DNA of 64,000 bases from an uncultured beta proteobacterium. GTDB lineage: Bacteria > Pseudomonadota > Gammaproteobacteria > Burkholderiales > Gallionellaceae. The stretch spans positions 21,576 through 85,575 of the forward strand of contig CAVQPO010000001.1 of the NCBI GenBank assembly GCA_963714805.1, read 5' to 3'. Numbering within the stretch: position 1 is the stretch's first letter; every line of letters begins with the position of its first letter. The translations under genes and the position numbers were made by a program. Below are positions 49,454-58,573 of this stretch, in pieces. The notes beneath the pieces are model-generated. The model had not been told where the DNA came from and searched no databases. It saw nothing but the letters and a program-made list of their open reading frames with translations.

Positions 49454-50803
49454 CTATATTGCAGAACTTCGCGGCAAGCGCAGCATAAATTCCGCTCCAC
49501 CCCGTGGCAGATTGCTGGCGGAAAGCTTGCCGCAGTGACGTTCGATAATGCCGTAACTGATAGACAAGCCAAGTCCGGTACCTTTGCCAACGGGTTTGGT
49601 GGTAAAAAATGGATCAAACATCTTGTCCAACGCCTCCGCAGCGATACCGGAGCCGTTGTCGCGAAACAGCACGATGATATCGCCGTTGTCATCGCGCGCT
49701 GACACCTCCAGTAACGGTTCGGCCTGCTGATCCGTAGCGTCGGCGGCGTTCTGAATCAGATTGATGATGACCTGTTGCATTTGCCCCGGAGAACCCATGA
49801 CCCACAACTGGCCTTGCAAGTCCGTAGTAACACGAAACTTTGCGGGAGTAGCCCGCGTGACCCAATGCACCGAACGTTCGATAATTTCGGTTAGGTTAAA
49901 TCTCACATTTTCGTTACGATCAGTGGCTGAAAATCGCTTCAGCCCATCCACGATGTCGCGCGTGCGCTCGGCCCCCTCAATAGCACCGTCCAGCAAAGGG
50001 GCGAGGTCTTTCAGAATGTGGTCTATGCGCAACTCCTCGCGCAGTTTTGCCAACGATTCGTGTCTGGTGCCTGCATGTACCTCATCGAGATACTGTTTGA
50101 TGCGCGTCGTGTAGCGCAGCATGGCATGTACGTTGCCCAGCACAAAGCTGATCGGGTTATTGAGTTCATGCGCGACCCCCGCCACCAAGCGACCCAGCGA
50201 AGCCATTTTTTCCGATTGCAGCAATTGTTGCTGGGTGCGCTTTAGATCATCATGCGCCTGGCGCAATGCATGGTAAGCACGGCGTAATTCGCCTACAGGC
50301 CTGCCGGTGATTACCGCCCCCAATAACTTGCCCGCCCCGGACAAACGCGCGGTGAAGTTGAGTGCTACCGGGGTGGCACCGCCGTCACGGGTACGGAATT
50401 GCAGCTCCAGATCATGGGCGGGTTCAGCCACCAGCCGTGCGATAGCACGTTCCGCTGCCGCACAAGAACCTGCATCGGCGAATAACGAAATAAACCTTGC
50501 CCCTTTAAGTTCATCTTCACGCTTGCCGCTAAAATTGACGAGCGCATGATTAACTTCCTCTATCATTCCATGCCGGTCACATACCACCAGCAAATCCGAC
50601 ATCGATGTCAGTACACTGAAGATGAATTGTTGCGATTCTTCCAGCGCGTCATTCTTCTGCTCCAACTCTACTTCGTGTTGCAGCAACTCGTTGTACACCT
50701 CGTCCATCTTGTGTACCACCTCAATCCAGGTAGACTCGGACATCGCCTCGGGCGGGGTTGCCAAGGTTAGATATTCAAAGGGAGATTTGTTCGATTCATT
50801 CAT
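49454..50803 (-). CDS. hupT: Soluble PAS histidine kinase of the H2-sensing cascade (HupT/HoxJ)
   Basis: No TM segments. PAS domain, H-box [10 protein letters not shown], and N/G boxes. Lies directly after hupV. ATG at 50803 (MNESNKSP) chosen. Confidence 0.8.
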   Translation of the reverse strand: MNESNKSPFEYLTLATPPEAMSESTWIEVVHKMDEVYNELLQHEVELEQKNDALEESQQFIFSVLTSMSDLLVVCDRHGMIEEVNHALVNFSGKREDELKGARFISLFADAGSCAAAERAIARLVAEPAHDLELQFRTRDGGATPVALNFTARLSGAGKLLGAVITGRPVGELRRAYHALRQAHDDLKRTQQQLLQSEKMASLGRLVAGVAHELNNPISFVLGNVHAMLRYTTRIKQYLDEVHAGTRHESLAKLREELRIDHILKDLAPLLDGAIEGAERTRDIVDGLKRFSATDRNENVRFNLTEIIERSVHWVTRATPAKFRVTTDLQGQLWVMGSPGQMQQVIINLIQNAADATDQQAEPLLEVSARDDNGDIIVLFRDNGSGIAAEALDKMFDPFFTTKPVGKGTGLGLSISYGIIERHCGKLSASNLPRGGAEFMLRLPRSSAI

Positions 50804-50819
50804 CTTTAGAGGCCCCCCT

Positions 50820-52268
50820 TTAATGCACCGTACACACCATGCATGGATCAAACGACCGTACCACATGCTGCACTGCAACTGGTGCGCCTTCATTATTTTC
50901 TTCAACTTGCACTCCGACCAGCGCCTGTTCCAGCGCTCCGGGTTCACCTTCCGCATCACGCGGAGAAAAGTTCCAGGTAGTTGGCGCGATAATTTGGTAA
51001 TTGTGTATCTTGCCTTGCCTCACTTCCAGCCAATGGCCCAAGCTGCCGCGCGCGGCTTCGACCAAACCGATGCCGCTCGCGTCTTCCAATGTTGTCGCCG
51101 CGCAACAGAACGGCTCGCCGGGGCGTATGCGCCGCACCCATTCCTCCATCACCGGCAGCACACGCGCGATTTCCAGCAAGCGCGCAACCACGCGTGCCGT
51201 CACATTGCCGCCGTGACGAGCCACTAAATCACGTATCAGCGGATGCCCCGCGACCAACTGCTTGGCCAGTGCGCCAGTCTCGACTACCCGACCATCCAGC
51301 CTGGGTGCCTTGCACCAGGAATACGCACCCGCTTTGCCCGGCTGCGGCAGGGTATAGCCTGCGGCGGGAGCAAGCGCGGCTTCCCCCTCCATCCAGCTAT
51401 GCGACACATCTTCGCGTATCGCTGAGATGTCCAGTGCATGCAACTTGCCGTCTTCCCATAAACCAGAAGGAAACAGGCTGTCGCTGCCATCATGATACGC
51501 GCCGTAGCTCATAAAACGGTCGCTTGCGCGCCCCAATAGATGCAACTCTAGGTCGTACGCAATGGCGAGGAAACGCGGCAAGTCAGCCGAAGTTCTGCGC
51601 GAGTCCATCCATGCCAACAAAGCAGCTTCAGAAGCCAGGCTAGCAACTGCCTCCAGCTTATCTCCGAACAATGTCCGCTCCAGAAATGCGCGGAATTCCG
51701 CCAGCAATATCGACAGCCTGATTTGCTCAGCAAGTTCAATCGGTCGTGAAGAACCGCCGGGCTGCAACGACAAGGTATGCGGCCACTTTCCGGCAAGATA
51801 ACCCATCAAGTGCATGAATTTTGCGCGTGCGGGCAACACGTCCGCCGTGGCGCTGCCGCTTACCGATTTGAAACGCGCCCGAGCTTCGGCAAACCATGTC
51901 CGCCCCTTATAGAAATCACGCGCGAAATCCGGCATGAAGAACAGATAAAAATGACTTAGATGATCGGCAATATTTTCTGCTGCAAGTGTCAGGTTAGCTG
52001 CCAGCCGACCGTTCTCGGGCGACTGTAAACCCATCGCATGCGCCAGTGCCTGAGCCGATGCCGCCGATTGGGCCACCGAGCAAATACCGCAAATACGCGG
52101 CACATACACCAGTGCGTCCAGTGGATGCTTATCCTTGAGTATCTGCTCGAAACCACGATACATCGGTGAATTCACAAAGGCTGCCTGCACGCGACCATCG
52201 GCTACATCCAGCGCTACCTCCAGATCGCCTTCCACCCGATTGAATGGGCCGACCACTAAACGCTTCAT
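50820..52268 (-). CDS. hupV: Regulatory (H2-sensor) [NiFe] hydrogenase large subunit
   Basis: RICGICSVAQ N-terminal and DPCMVCTVH C-terminal Ni-binding motifs. The protein ends at the His, so there is no cleavable C-terminal extension. Confidence 0.85.
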   Translation of the reverse strand: MKRLVVGPFNRVEGDLEVALDVADGRVQAAFVNSPMYRGFEQILKDKHPLDALVYVPRICGICSVAQSAASAQALAHAMGLQSPENGRLAANLTLAAENIADHLSHFYLFFMPDFARDFYKGRTWFAEARARFKSVSGSATADVLPARAKFMHLMGYLAGKWPHTLSLQPGGSSRPIELAEQIRLSILLAEFRAFLERTLFGDKLEAVASLASEAALLAWMDSRRTSADLPRFLAIAYDLELHLLGRASDRFMSYGAYHDGSDSLFPSGLWEDGKLHALDISAIREDVSHSWMEGEAALAPAAGYTLPQPGKAGAYSWCKAPRLDGRVVETGALAKQLVAGHPLIRDLVARHGGNVTARVVARLLEIARVLPVMEEWVRRIRPGEPFCCAATTLEDASGIGLVEAARGSLGHWLEVRQGKIHNYQIIAPTTWNFSPRDAEGEPGALEQALVGVQVEENNEGAPVAVQHVVRSFDPCMVCTVH

Positions 52269-53302
52269 TTTGAGCGCGCCCTTTTCACGGCGGGAACCAC
52301 CACCTGATGATCGGCGACCGCATTTTCTTTGACACGCTTGGGCGTAGCGGATTTGGAGAGCGAGGCCAGCACTACAAACCATGCTTTCGGCATGTCTATG
52401 GGTAAGCCTATCGGAATGCCGCCCAACTTTGGTGTTTCAGCAAACGGATGTCCCGGCTCCTCAAAGCCGGGTTCGGTACAAGAGATGCAGGCATAGCCGC
52501 CGCGAACACAGGAACCCTCGCCATTCCACAGGCGAATATTGCAATCGGCATGCGCTTGTGTGCCTTTGCAACCTAGATTCTCCATCAAACAACCCAAGTC
52601 GGATGACTTGTGCGCGCTGGCCTTAAATTCATAAAACTCGTTGCGGGTACAGCCGTGATGCACCAAGTGATCGGCATACAAGCGCGGGCGCTGAAAAGCA
52701 TCAAGTCCTTGCGCGTTCAACATACCTGAGACCAGCGCGGCGAGTGTTTCAATAACCCAGTTTGGATGCGTGGGACAACCGGCAATATTGATCACGGGCA
52801 AGCCGCTGCTATCCCGGTAATCGCGCCCCAGCAGGCCGCCTAAAATATCACCTTCAAACTGGAGACCGCACGCATCACTCGGATTACACCCGGCAGCAGT
52901 CACTCCGCCAAAAGCGGCACAATTCCCCACCGCCACCGTATGGCGTGCAACCCCCGCAAGCCGTTCGAGCCTTGACATTACCGAATCACCGCCGGTAGTC
53001 AGATGAAATCCGCCGCTGCCGTGTGGGCCACGCAATACCGCCCCTTCCAAGCACAGAATATCCAGCTGTGTCGCACCGCTTAAACAATCGTCAATAATGC
53101 GGCGTGTCTCCTGCGCACTCTCTTCCGACAGGGAGGGATGCCACAGCAAACGGATGCCAAATCCCGCCAACGTGTCAAACAGATTGCTGCAATCGGCGTT
53201 GAGCAGCGACAGGGTGCAACCGCCACAGCCGCCGGATTGCAGCCAAAGCAAATTGAGCGGCTCGCGGTCGGCTGGGTTATTCAGTTTTTTTCTCCAATCC
53301 AT
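52265..53302 (-). CDS. hupU: Regulatory (H2-sensor) [NiFe] hydrogenase small subunit
   Basis: WLQSGGCGGCTLSLL and later FeS Cys clusters. No twin-arginine signal. ATGA overlap with hupV. Confidence 0.85.
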   Translation of the reverse strand: MDWRKKLNNPADREPLNLLWLQSGGCGGCTLSLLNADCSNLFDTLAGFGIRLLWHPSLSEESAQETRRIIDDCLSGATQLDILCLEGAVLRGPHGSGGFHLTTGGDSVMSRLERLAGVARHTVAVGNCAAFGGVTAAGCNPSDACGLQFEGDILGGLLGRDYRDSSGLPVINIAGCPTHPNWVIETLAALVSGMLNAQGLDAFQRPRLYADHLVHHGCTRNEFYEFKASAHKSSDLGCLMENLGCKGTQAHADCNIRLWNGEGSCVRGGYACISCTEPGFEEPGHPFAETPKLGGIPIGLPIDMPKAWFVVLASLSKSATPKRVKENAVADHQVVVPAVKRARSK

Positions 53303-54725
53303 AACGTGACAATTTGCTGCGCAACCCGACACGCGACAACCCAAGTTCAGCCGCAGCACGAGTCTTGTTCCAGCGCAATCGAATTAGTGTTTCGCGCAGC
53401 ACCCGCGCCTCCAGCGTCTCCATGCGCTCTTTGAGGCTGCCGTTTATCCCGGATAGGACTTGCATATCCGTGGCATCATCTTCCGGCGTAGCGCGTAGCA
53501 CTCTTGCTGAAAACAAATGTGCGCCGATATGCGGTGCTTCGCTCAGCATCAATGCACGCATGATTTCGTTTTGCAATTCGCGCACATTACCAGGCCAATG
53601 GTAGCGCCCCAGGCAATCCAGTGACTCGGGAGAAAATCCCGCCACATCTTTCCCCATGCCCTGTGCGGCAGTATTGAGCAAATCGAATGCGATCAGTGGA
53701 ATATCCATTTTGCGTTCCCGCAACGGCGGGACTTGCAGGACGAACTGCGTCAAGCGATAGTAGAGGTCGGCGCGGAAACGCCCACGTTGAACTTCTTCTT
53801 CAAGATCTCGATTCGTCGCGGAAAGCACACGTACATCCACCTTGCGCGAACGCGAACTGCCGACTGGACGAATCTCTCCTTCTTGTAATACGCGCAACAG
53901 CTTGACCTGAAATGCGGGCGAGGTATCACCGATTTCGTCCAGAAAAATCGTGCCGCCATCGGCTTGCTCAAACAAGCCAATACGATCCTCAAAAGCTCCG
54001 GTAAAGCTTCCGCGCTTGTGCCCGAACAACTCTGATTCCAGCAATTGATCAGACATCGCCCCACAATTTTCAATCACGAATGCGCGTCCGGAACGCGGGC
54101 TGGAATAATGGATGGCGCGCCCGAGTAACTCTTTGCCTGTGCCAGACTCACCCGCGATATGCACCGCAATATCAGAACCTGCCACGCGCGCCGCCATGTC
54201 AACCACCGCATTCAATGGGCTGGCCGCTGCACGCGTGATGCGGGAGAATTCATAATAATCCCGCAGCTTTTCGCGCTTCGATTCTACGCGCTTACGCAAC
54301 ACAGGCTCAGCGGTGCGCAATTCCAGATTCATATGCTGAGTCTGTTGTTGCAGATCGTACAACTGCGCGGCAGCGCGCACGGCCAACAGCAGCGATTCGG
54401 GATGCCAAGGCTTCATGACGTACTGATAGATACCTGCCTCATTGACACCCTCGATGATGTCTTGCGTTTCGGTATATCCAGAAATAATGATCCGCACCGT
54501 ATCCGGCCAACGTTCGCGCACCTCCTTCAAGAATTCAACACCGGTCGTTTCCGGCATACGCTGGTCACATAACACCACCTGTATGGATTCGCGTTCCATA
54601 ATCGCGCGCCCATCCATCGCACTGGAAGCGGTAAATACGATGAATTCTTCTTCCAGAGTGCGGCGCAAAGCTTCCTGCGAACGCACTTCGTCGTCAATGA
54701 CCAGAACAGTTGCTAATATAGCCAT
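53277..54725 (-). CDS. hupR: Sigma54-dependent response regulator (HupR/HoxA)
   Basis: Receiver domain, AAA+ (GESGTGKE, ESELFGH...GAFTGA-like) and a C-terminal Fis-type HTH. Confidence 0.85.
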   Translation of the reverse strand: MAILATVLVIDDEVRSQEALRRTLEEEFIVFTASSAMDGRAIMERESIQVVLCDQRMPETTGVEFLKEVRERWPDTVRIIISGYTETQDIIEGVNEAGIYQYVMKPWHPESLLLAVRAAAQLYDLQQQTQHMNLELRTAEPVLRKRVESKREKLRDYYEFSRITRAAASPLNAVVDMAARVAGSDIAVHIAGESGTGKELLGRAIHYSSPRSGRAFVIENCGAMSDQLLESELFGHKRGSFTGAFEDRIGLFEQADGGTIFLDEIGDTSPAFQVKLLRVLQEGEIRPVGSSRSRKVDVRVLSATNRDLEEEVQRGRFRADLYYRLTQFVLQVPPLRERKMDIPLIAFDLLNTAAQGMGKDVAGFSPESLDCLGRYHWPGNVRELQNEIMRALMLSEAPHIGAHLFSARVLRATPEDDATDMQVLSGINGSLKERMETLEARVLRETLIRLRWNKTRAAAELGLSRVGLRSKLSRYGLEKKTE

Positions 54726-54734
54726 AGGGACGCC

Positions 54735-55790
54735 TCAACAAATTCTAGGTAATTGTTCGCCCGCCAACCAATCCACCACGCGGCGACCACCCAGTTTGGT
54801 GGTCATTTGCACAAAGCCGTGCGCATCTTCCAATACCTCGCCGATGATGGAAGCTTTGCCAGCCAGCGGATGCGCGCGCATGACTGCCAGCAAACGTTGT
54901 GCATCTTCCGGCGCACAAATCGCAATCAACTTGCCTTCATTGGCCACATACAGCGGATCAAGGCCAAGAAACTCGCAAGCCGCTTCGACCGGCTGATTTA
55001 CCGCAATCGCAGATTCATGCAGCATCATGCCCACGGCGGATTGTTTGGCGATTTCATTGAGCGTCGTGGCAAGACCGCCACGCGTCGGGTCGCGCAACAC
55101 GCGCAACTTAGCACCACTGTCCAGCATGGCGGCGATGAGGCCATGCAACGCGGCGGTATCGGATATGATGGGCGCAGAAAACTTCAGCCCCTCGCGCTGA
55201 GAAAGTATCGCCATCCCGTGATCGCCTATCGTACCAGAAAGCAGAATCTTGTCGCCCGGCCGTGCAAGGTCACCGGACAAACTGATCCCCTCACGCATCA
55301 CACCTACTCCCGTCGTCGTGATGAATACCCCATCTCCTTTACCTCGCTCTACCACCTTGGTGTCGCCGGTGACGATGGGTACACCAGCCTCGCGTGATGC
55401 ATTTGCCATGGACTCGACAATGCGTTTCAGGTCAGCCAGCGGAAAGCCTTCTTCGAGTATGAAAGATGCTGCCAGATACAGCGGAGTGGCACCCATGACT
55501 GCTACATCGTTGATCGTGCCGTGCACCGACAGACAGCCGATGTCTCCACCCGCAAAAAATAACGGCGACACAACATGGCTGTCCGTCGCAACCACTAAGC
55601 GCCCATTTGCTTGAGGGAGCAATGCGCCATCGTTGCCCTGTGCCAGATACTCGTTATCGAAAGCGGCAGCGAACAACTCGGTGATGAGTTGCGCCATGGC
55701 GCGACCACCGGAGCCGTGCGACATATCTACCCGACCATTTTTTAGGTCGAGTGGGCGGGCGTAGTTGGGTTTGATAGTAATGCTGTTCAT
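54735..55790 (-). CDS. hypE: Hydrogenase maturation carbamoyl dehydratase HypE
   Basis: MSHGSGGRAM motif and the C-terminal PRIC. Confidence 0.9.
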   Translation of the reverse strand: MNSITIKPNYARPLDLKNGRVDMSHGSGGRAMAQLITELFAAAFDNEYLAQGNDGALLPQANGRLVVATDSHVVSPLFFAGGDIGCLSVHGTINDVAVMGATPLYLAASFILEEGFPLADLKRIVESMANASREAGVPIVTGDTKVVERGKGDGVFITTTGVGVMREGISLSGDLARPGDKILLSGTIGDHGMAILSQREGLKFSAPIISDTAALHGLIAAMLDSGAKLRVLRDPTRGGLATTLNEIAKQSAVGMMLHESAIAVNQPVEAACEFLGLDPLYVANEGKLIAICAPEDAQRLLAVMRAHPLAGKASIIGEVLEDAHGFVQMTTKLGGRRVVDWLAGEQLPRIC

Positions 55791-55799
55791 TTATAAGTT

Positions 55800-55929
55800 C
55801 CGTTCGTCCTGATCCTTCGACCCCGTTCGTCCTGAGCTTGTCGAAGGAACGAACGGCGCTCAGGACTAAAGGCCTTGTCGAAGGGTTCTAGTTGCGTAGC
55901 TGGTGGTTCGACAAGCTCACCACGAACGG
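55800..55929. repeat. Cluster of GC-rich palindromic units (family C: CCGTTCGTCCTGAGCTTGTCGAAGG / TTCGACAAGCTCACCACGAACGG) between hypD and hypE
   Basis: Three to four mutually complementary units read directly. They generate the spurious ORFs 55787-56125 and 55903-56202. Confidence 0.6.
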
Positions 55930-55962
55930 TTAGGTGAATGGCTTTTGCTTTCGTCATGCTCA

Positions 55963-57075
55963 TTACACAGACTCCCGAAAACGCCCATAACTGTAGTGTG
56001 CCGCACATGCACCTTCGGACGAAACCATGCAGGAACCGACTGGATTTTCCGGTGTACACACCGTGCCGAATATGTTGCATTCCTGCGGACGTTTTTGGCC
56101 GCGCAAAATGGCTGCGCATTCGCACGCTTTGTTGTCCGGCACGGCCACATAGTCAACCTTGAATTTCAACTCCGCATCGAACGCGGCAAACTCGGGGCGT
56201 AGTTTCAACGCGCTGCTGGGCACACTACCCAAGCCGCGCCATTCGAATACATCGCGTAGCTCGAATACTTCCGCCACCAGTGCCTGCGCCTTGAGATTGC
56301 CCTCGCGCGTCACGGCACGGGTGAATTCGTTTTCGACTTCGGCGCGTCCATCGTTCACCTGACGCACCAGCATGAGAATGGCCTGCATCACATCGAGCGG
56401 CTCGAAACCGGCGATGACCACCGGCTTGCCGTAGTCGTCGGCAAATGGCTCATACGGTTTGCTGCCGATAACAGTGGAAACATGCGCCGGACCGACGAAG
56501 CCATCCAGCGACACTCCTCCTTCCACTGTCAGGATGGCGTGCATCGCGGCGGGGGTCAGCACATGGTCACACAGGATACTGAAATTTTTTAACTTCTCGG
56601 CAGCGGCCTGTTTGACTGCCACTGCGGTCGGTGGGGTGGTGGTCTCGAAACCTATGGCGAGGAACACGACTTCCCGTTGCGGATTTTCGCGCGCGATTTT
56701 CAGCGCGTCCTGAGTCGAATAAATCATGCGCACATCCGCACCGTTTGCCTTGGCGCGCATCAGTGTAAGATTGTCGGAAGCCGGGACGCGCATGGTGTCG
56801 GCATAGGTACACAGGATCACCCCATGTTCGCGCGCAAGTCGAATTGCCTGATCCACGCGACCGATGGGCAGCACGCACACCGGGCAGCCGGGGCCGTGTA
56901 TCATGCGCACATTACCAGGCAACAAGTCCGCAATACCGTAGCGGGAAATCGCGTGGGTATGTCCGCCGCAAAATTCCATCAGTCGATAATCCCGTTGCGG
57001 ACTGGCTTCGCGTGCAATGTTAGCAGCGATGTTTTTTGCCAACTCGCCATCGCGGAATTCATCGACGTATTTCAT
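55963..57075 (-). CDS. hypD: Hydrogenase maturation factor HypD (reads in the same frame as hypC, with no intervening stop)
   Basis: MKYVDEFRD..., CGGHTH, GPGCPVCV motifs. Confidence 0.9.
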   Translation of the reverse strand: MKYVDEFRDGELAKNIAANIAREASPQRDYRLMEFCGGHTHAISRYGIADLLPGNVRMIHGPGCPVCVLPIGRVDQAIRLAREHGVILCTYADTMRVPASDNLTLMRAKANGADVRMIYSTQDALKIARENPQREVVFLAIGFETTTPPTAVAVKQAAAEKLKNFSILCDHVLTPAAMHAILTVEGGVSLDGFVGPAHVSTVIGSKPYEPFADDYGKPVVIAGFEPLDVMQAILMLVRQVNDGRAEVENEFTRAVTREGNLKAQALVAEVFELRDVFEWRGLGSVPSSALKLRPEFAAFDAELKFKVDYVAVPDNKACECAAILRGQKRPQECNIFGTVCTPENPVGSCMVSSEGACAAHYSYGRFRESV

Positions 57076-57327
57076 GCCACAGCTTCCATCCAGTTCGGCA
57101 CGCAGTTCATCCAGCGCACCGATCTCGGCAAACAACTCCAGAGTACGTTCGGCCTCTTCCTGATCCAGCTTTTGCAGGGCATAACCGACATGCACGATCA
57201 CGTATTCACCAACCTGCGCATCATCTACCAGCGCCAGCGAAATCTCTTTGCGCACGCCGCCAAGATTGACGATAGCGTTGCCCGGGGCCGTTAACTCTTC
57301 GATGCGGGCAGGGATGGCAAGACACAT
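57076..57327 (-). CDS. hypC: HypC chaperone portion of a hypC-hypD read-through ORF
   Basis: MCLAIPARIEEL... (N-terminal Cys2). 84 codons, then directly Met of HypD. Confidence 0.8.
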
Positions 57328-57339
57328 GATTCAAACTCC

Positions 57340-58222
57340 TTATATTGTTAATTTTGCTGCAACCGCTTTCCGGCACCCCAGCTTTATCCATTCCAGCCAT
57401 TCTTCCATCCCCTCGCCACTGGTGGCGGAAATGCGGATTACTCGTATATTTGGATTGACGCGGCGCGCATTCTCTACCGCGAGATCGGCGTCGAAGGCGA
57501 GGTACGGCAACAAGTCACATTTATTCAGTAGCATCAAATCCGAAGCACGGAACATATCGGGATATTTGAGCGGTTTATCTTCACCCTCGGTCACTGAAAG
57601 AATGGCGACCTTGTGCGCCTCGCCCAGATCGAAACTGGCTGGGCATACCAGATTCCCGACATTTTCGATCAGCAAGCAAGCTGTCCTCCTGCAAGCCCAG
57701 TTGCTGAATGGCTAGGCCCACCATGTGTGCGTCCAGATGGCAACCCTTGCCGGTGTTGATTTGCAAAGCGGGCGCACCGGTGGCACGAATGCGGGCGGCA
57801 TCGTTGTCCGTCTGCTGATCGCCTTCGATCACCGCAAGCGGCAAGCTGCCGTTTAATGCAACGATGCTTTTTACCAGCAGCGTGGTTTTACCGGAACCGG
57901 GGCTGGATACCAGATTAAGCGCAAAGATGCCGTGTTCGGAAAGATAGCCGCGATTCTCTTTGGCATAACTGTCGTTCTTGGAGAGAATGTCGCGTTCGAT
58001 TTTCACCATACGCGCCTGGCTCATACCCGGTGCATGCGCATTTGCTGGGCCAACACCGAAATCCATCGAATCTTGTGTATGGGCATGTTCGTGTGAGTGG
58101 GAATGTTCTTTGCCATTACTATGCACACGATATTGCACTTGCCCGGCAGATTTGTGGCGCTGCTTGAGCGCGTGTCCCCCGATGAGCGTTTGACCCGATC
58201 CACAGCCACATGTCGTACACAT
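57340..58222 (-). pseudogene. hypB: Nickel metallochaperone GTPase HypB, frameshift at about 57671-57680
   Basis: MCTTCGCG, a His-rich stretch and the P-loop GSGKTT are in ORF 57581-58222. [16 protein letters not shown]... is in ORF 57340-57675. The junction reads cagcTTGCTTGCtgatc. Confidence 0.85.
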
Positions 58223-58231
58223 TCAATTCTC

Positions 58232-58573
58232 CTATTCGACTTCCAGTTCCTTGACACGCATTTCGTTGCCACCCGTTACCTGTATTTGGTAACTTCCGCA
58301 AACGGGGCAGGGATCATAAAGCGCCGTGACCGCCACATTGCCTTCGCACTTCATGCACCAGCCTTGTCCCGGCGTTTCAACGATCTCCAAGCGCGCGCCC
58401 TCCGCAACACTGTCGCGTGTTACCGCATCGAAGCAAAAGCGCAATGCTTCTTTTTCAACAGCGGCCAACTGCCCAATCTCCAGCCACACTGCCTTGACTC
58501 TGCTGCAACCGTCGGCACGCACCGCGTCTTCGACCAGTTGCACGATTCCTTCGGCCAGCGACATCTCATGCAT
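58232..58573 (-). CDS. hypA: Hydrogenase nickel-insertion protein HypA
   Basis: MHEMSLAEGI..., CMKC...CPVCG zinc site. Confidence 0.85.
   Translation of the reverse strand: MHEMSLAEGIVQLVEDAVRADGCSRVKAVWLEIGQLAAVEKEALRFCFDAVTRDSVAEGARLEIVETPGQGWCMKCEGNVAVTALYDPCPVCGSYQIQVTGGNEMRVKELEVE

Noticed and set aside
55787-56202. ORFs 55787-56125, 55903-56202, 55917-56156 and 55938-56162
   Set aside because: They are created by the palindromic repeat cluster and by antisense reading of the hypD 3' end. The peptides FDKLTTNG and VRPELVEG are typical repeat translations.
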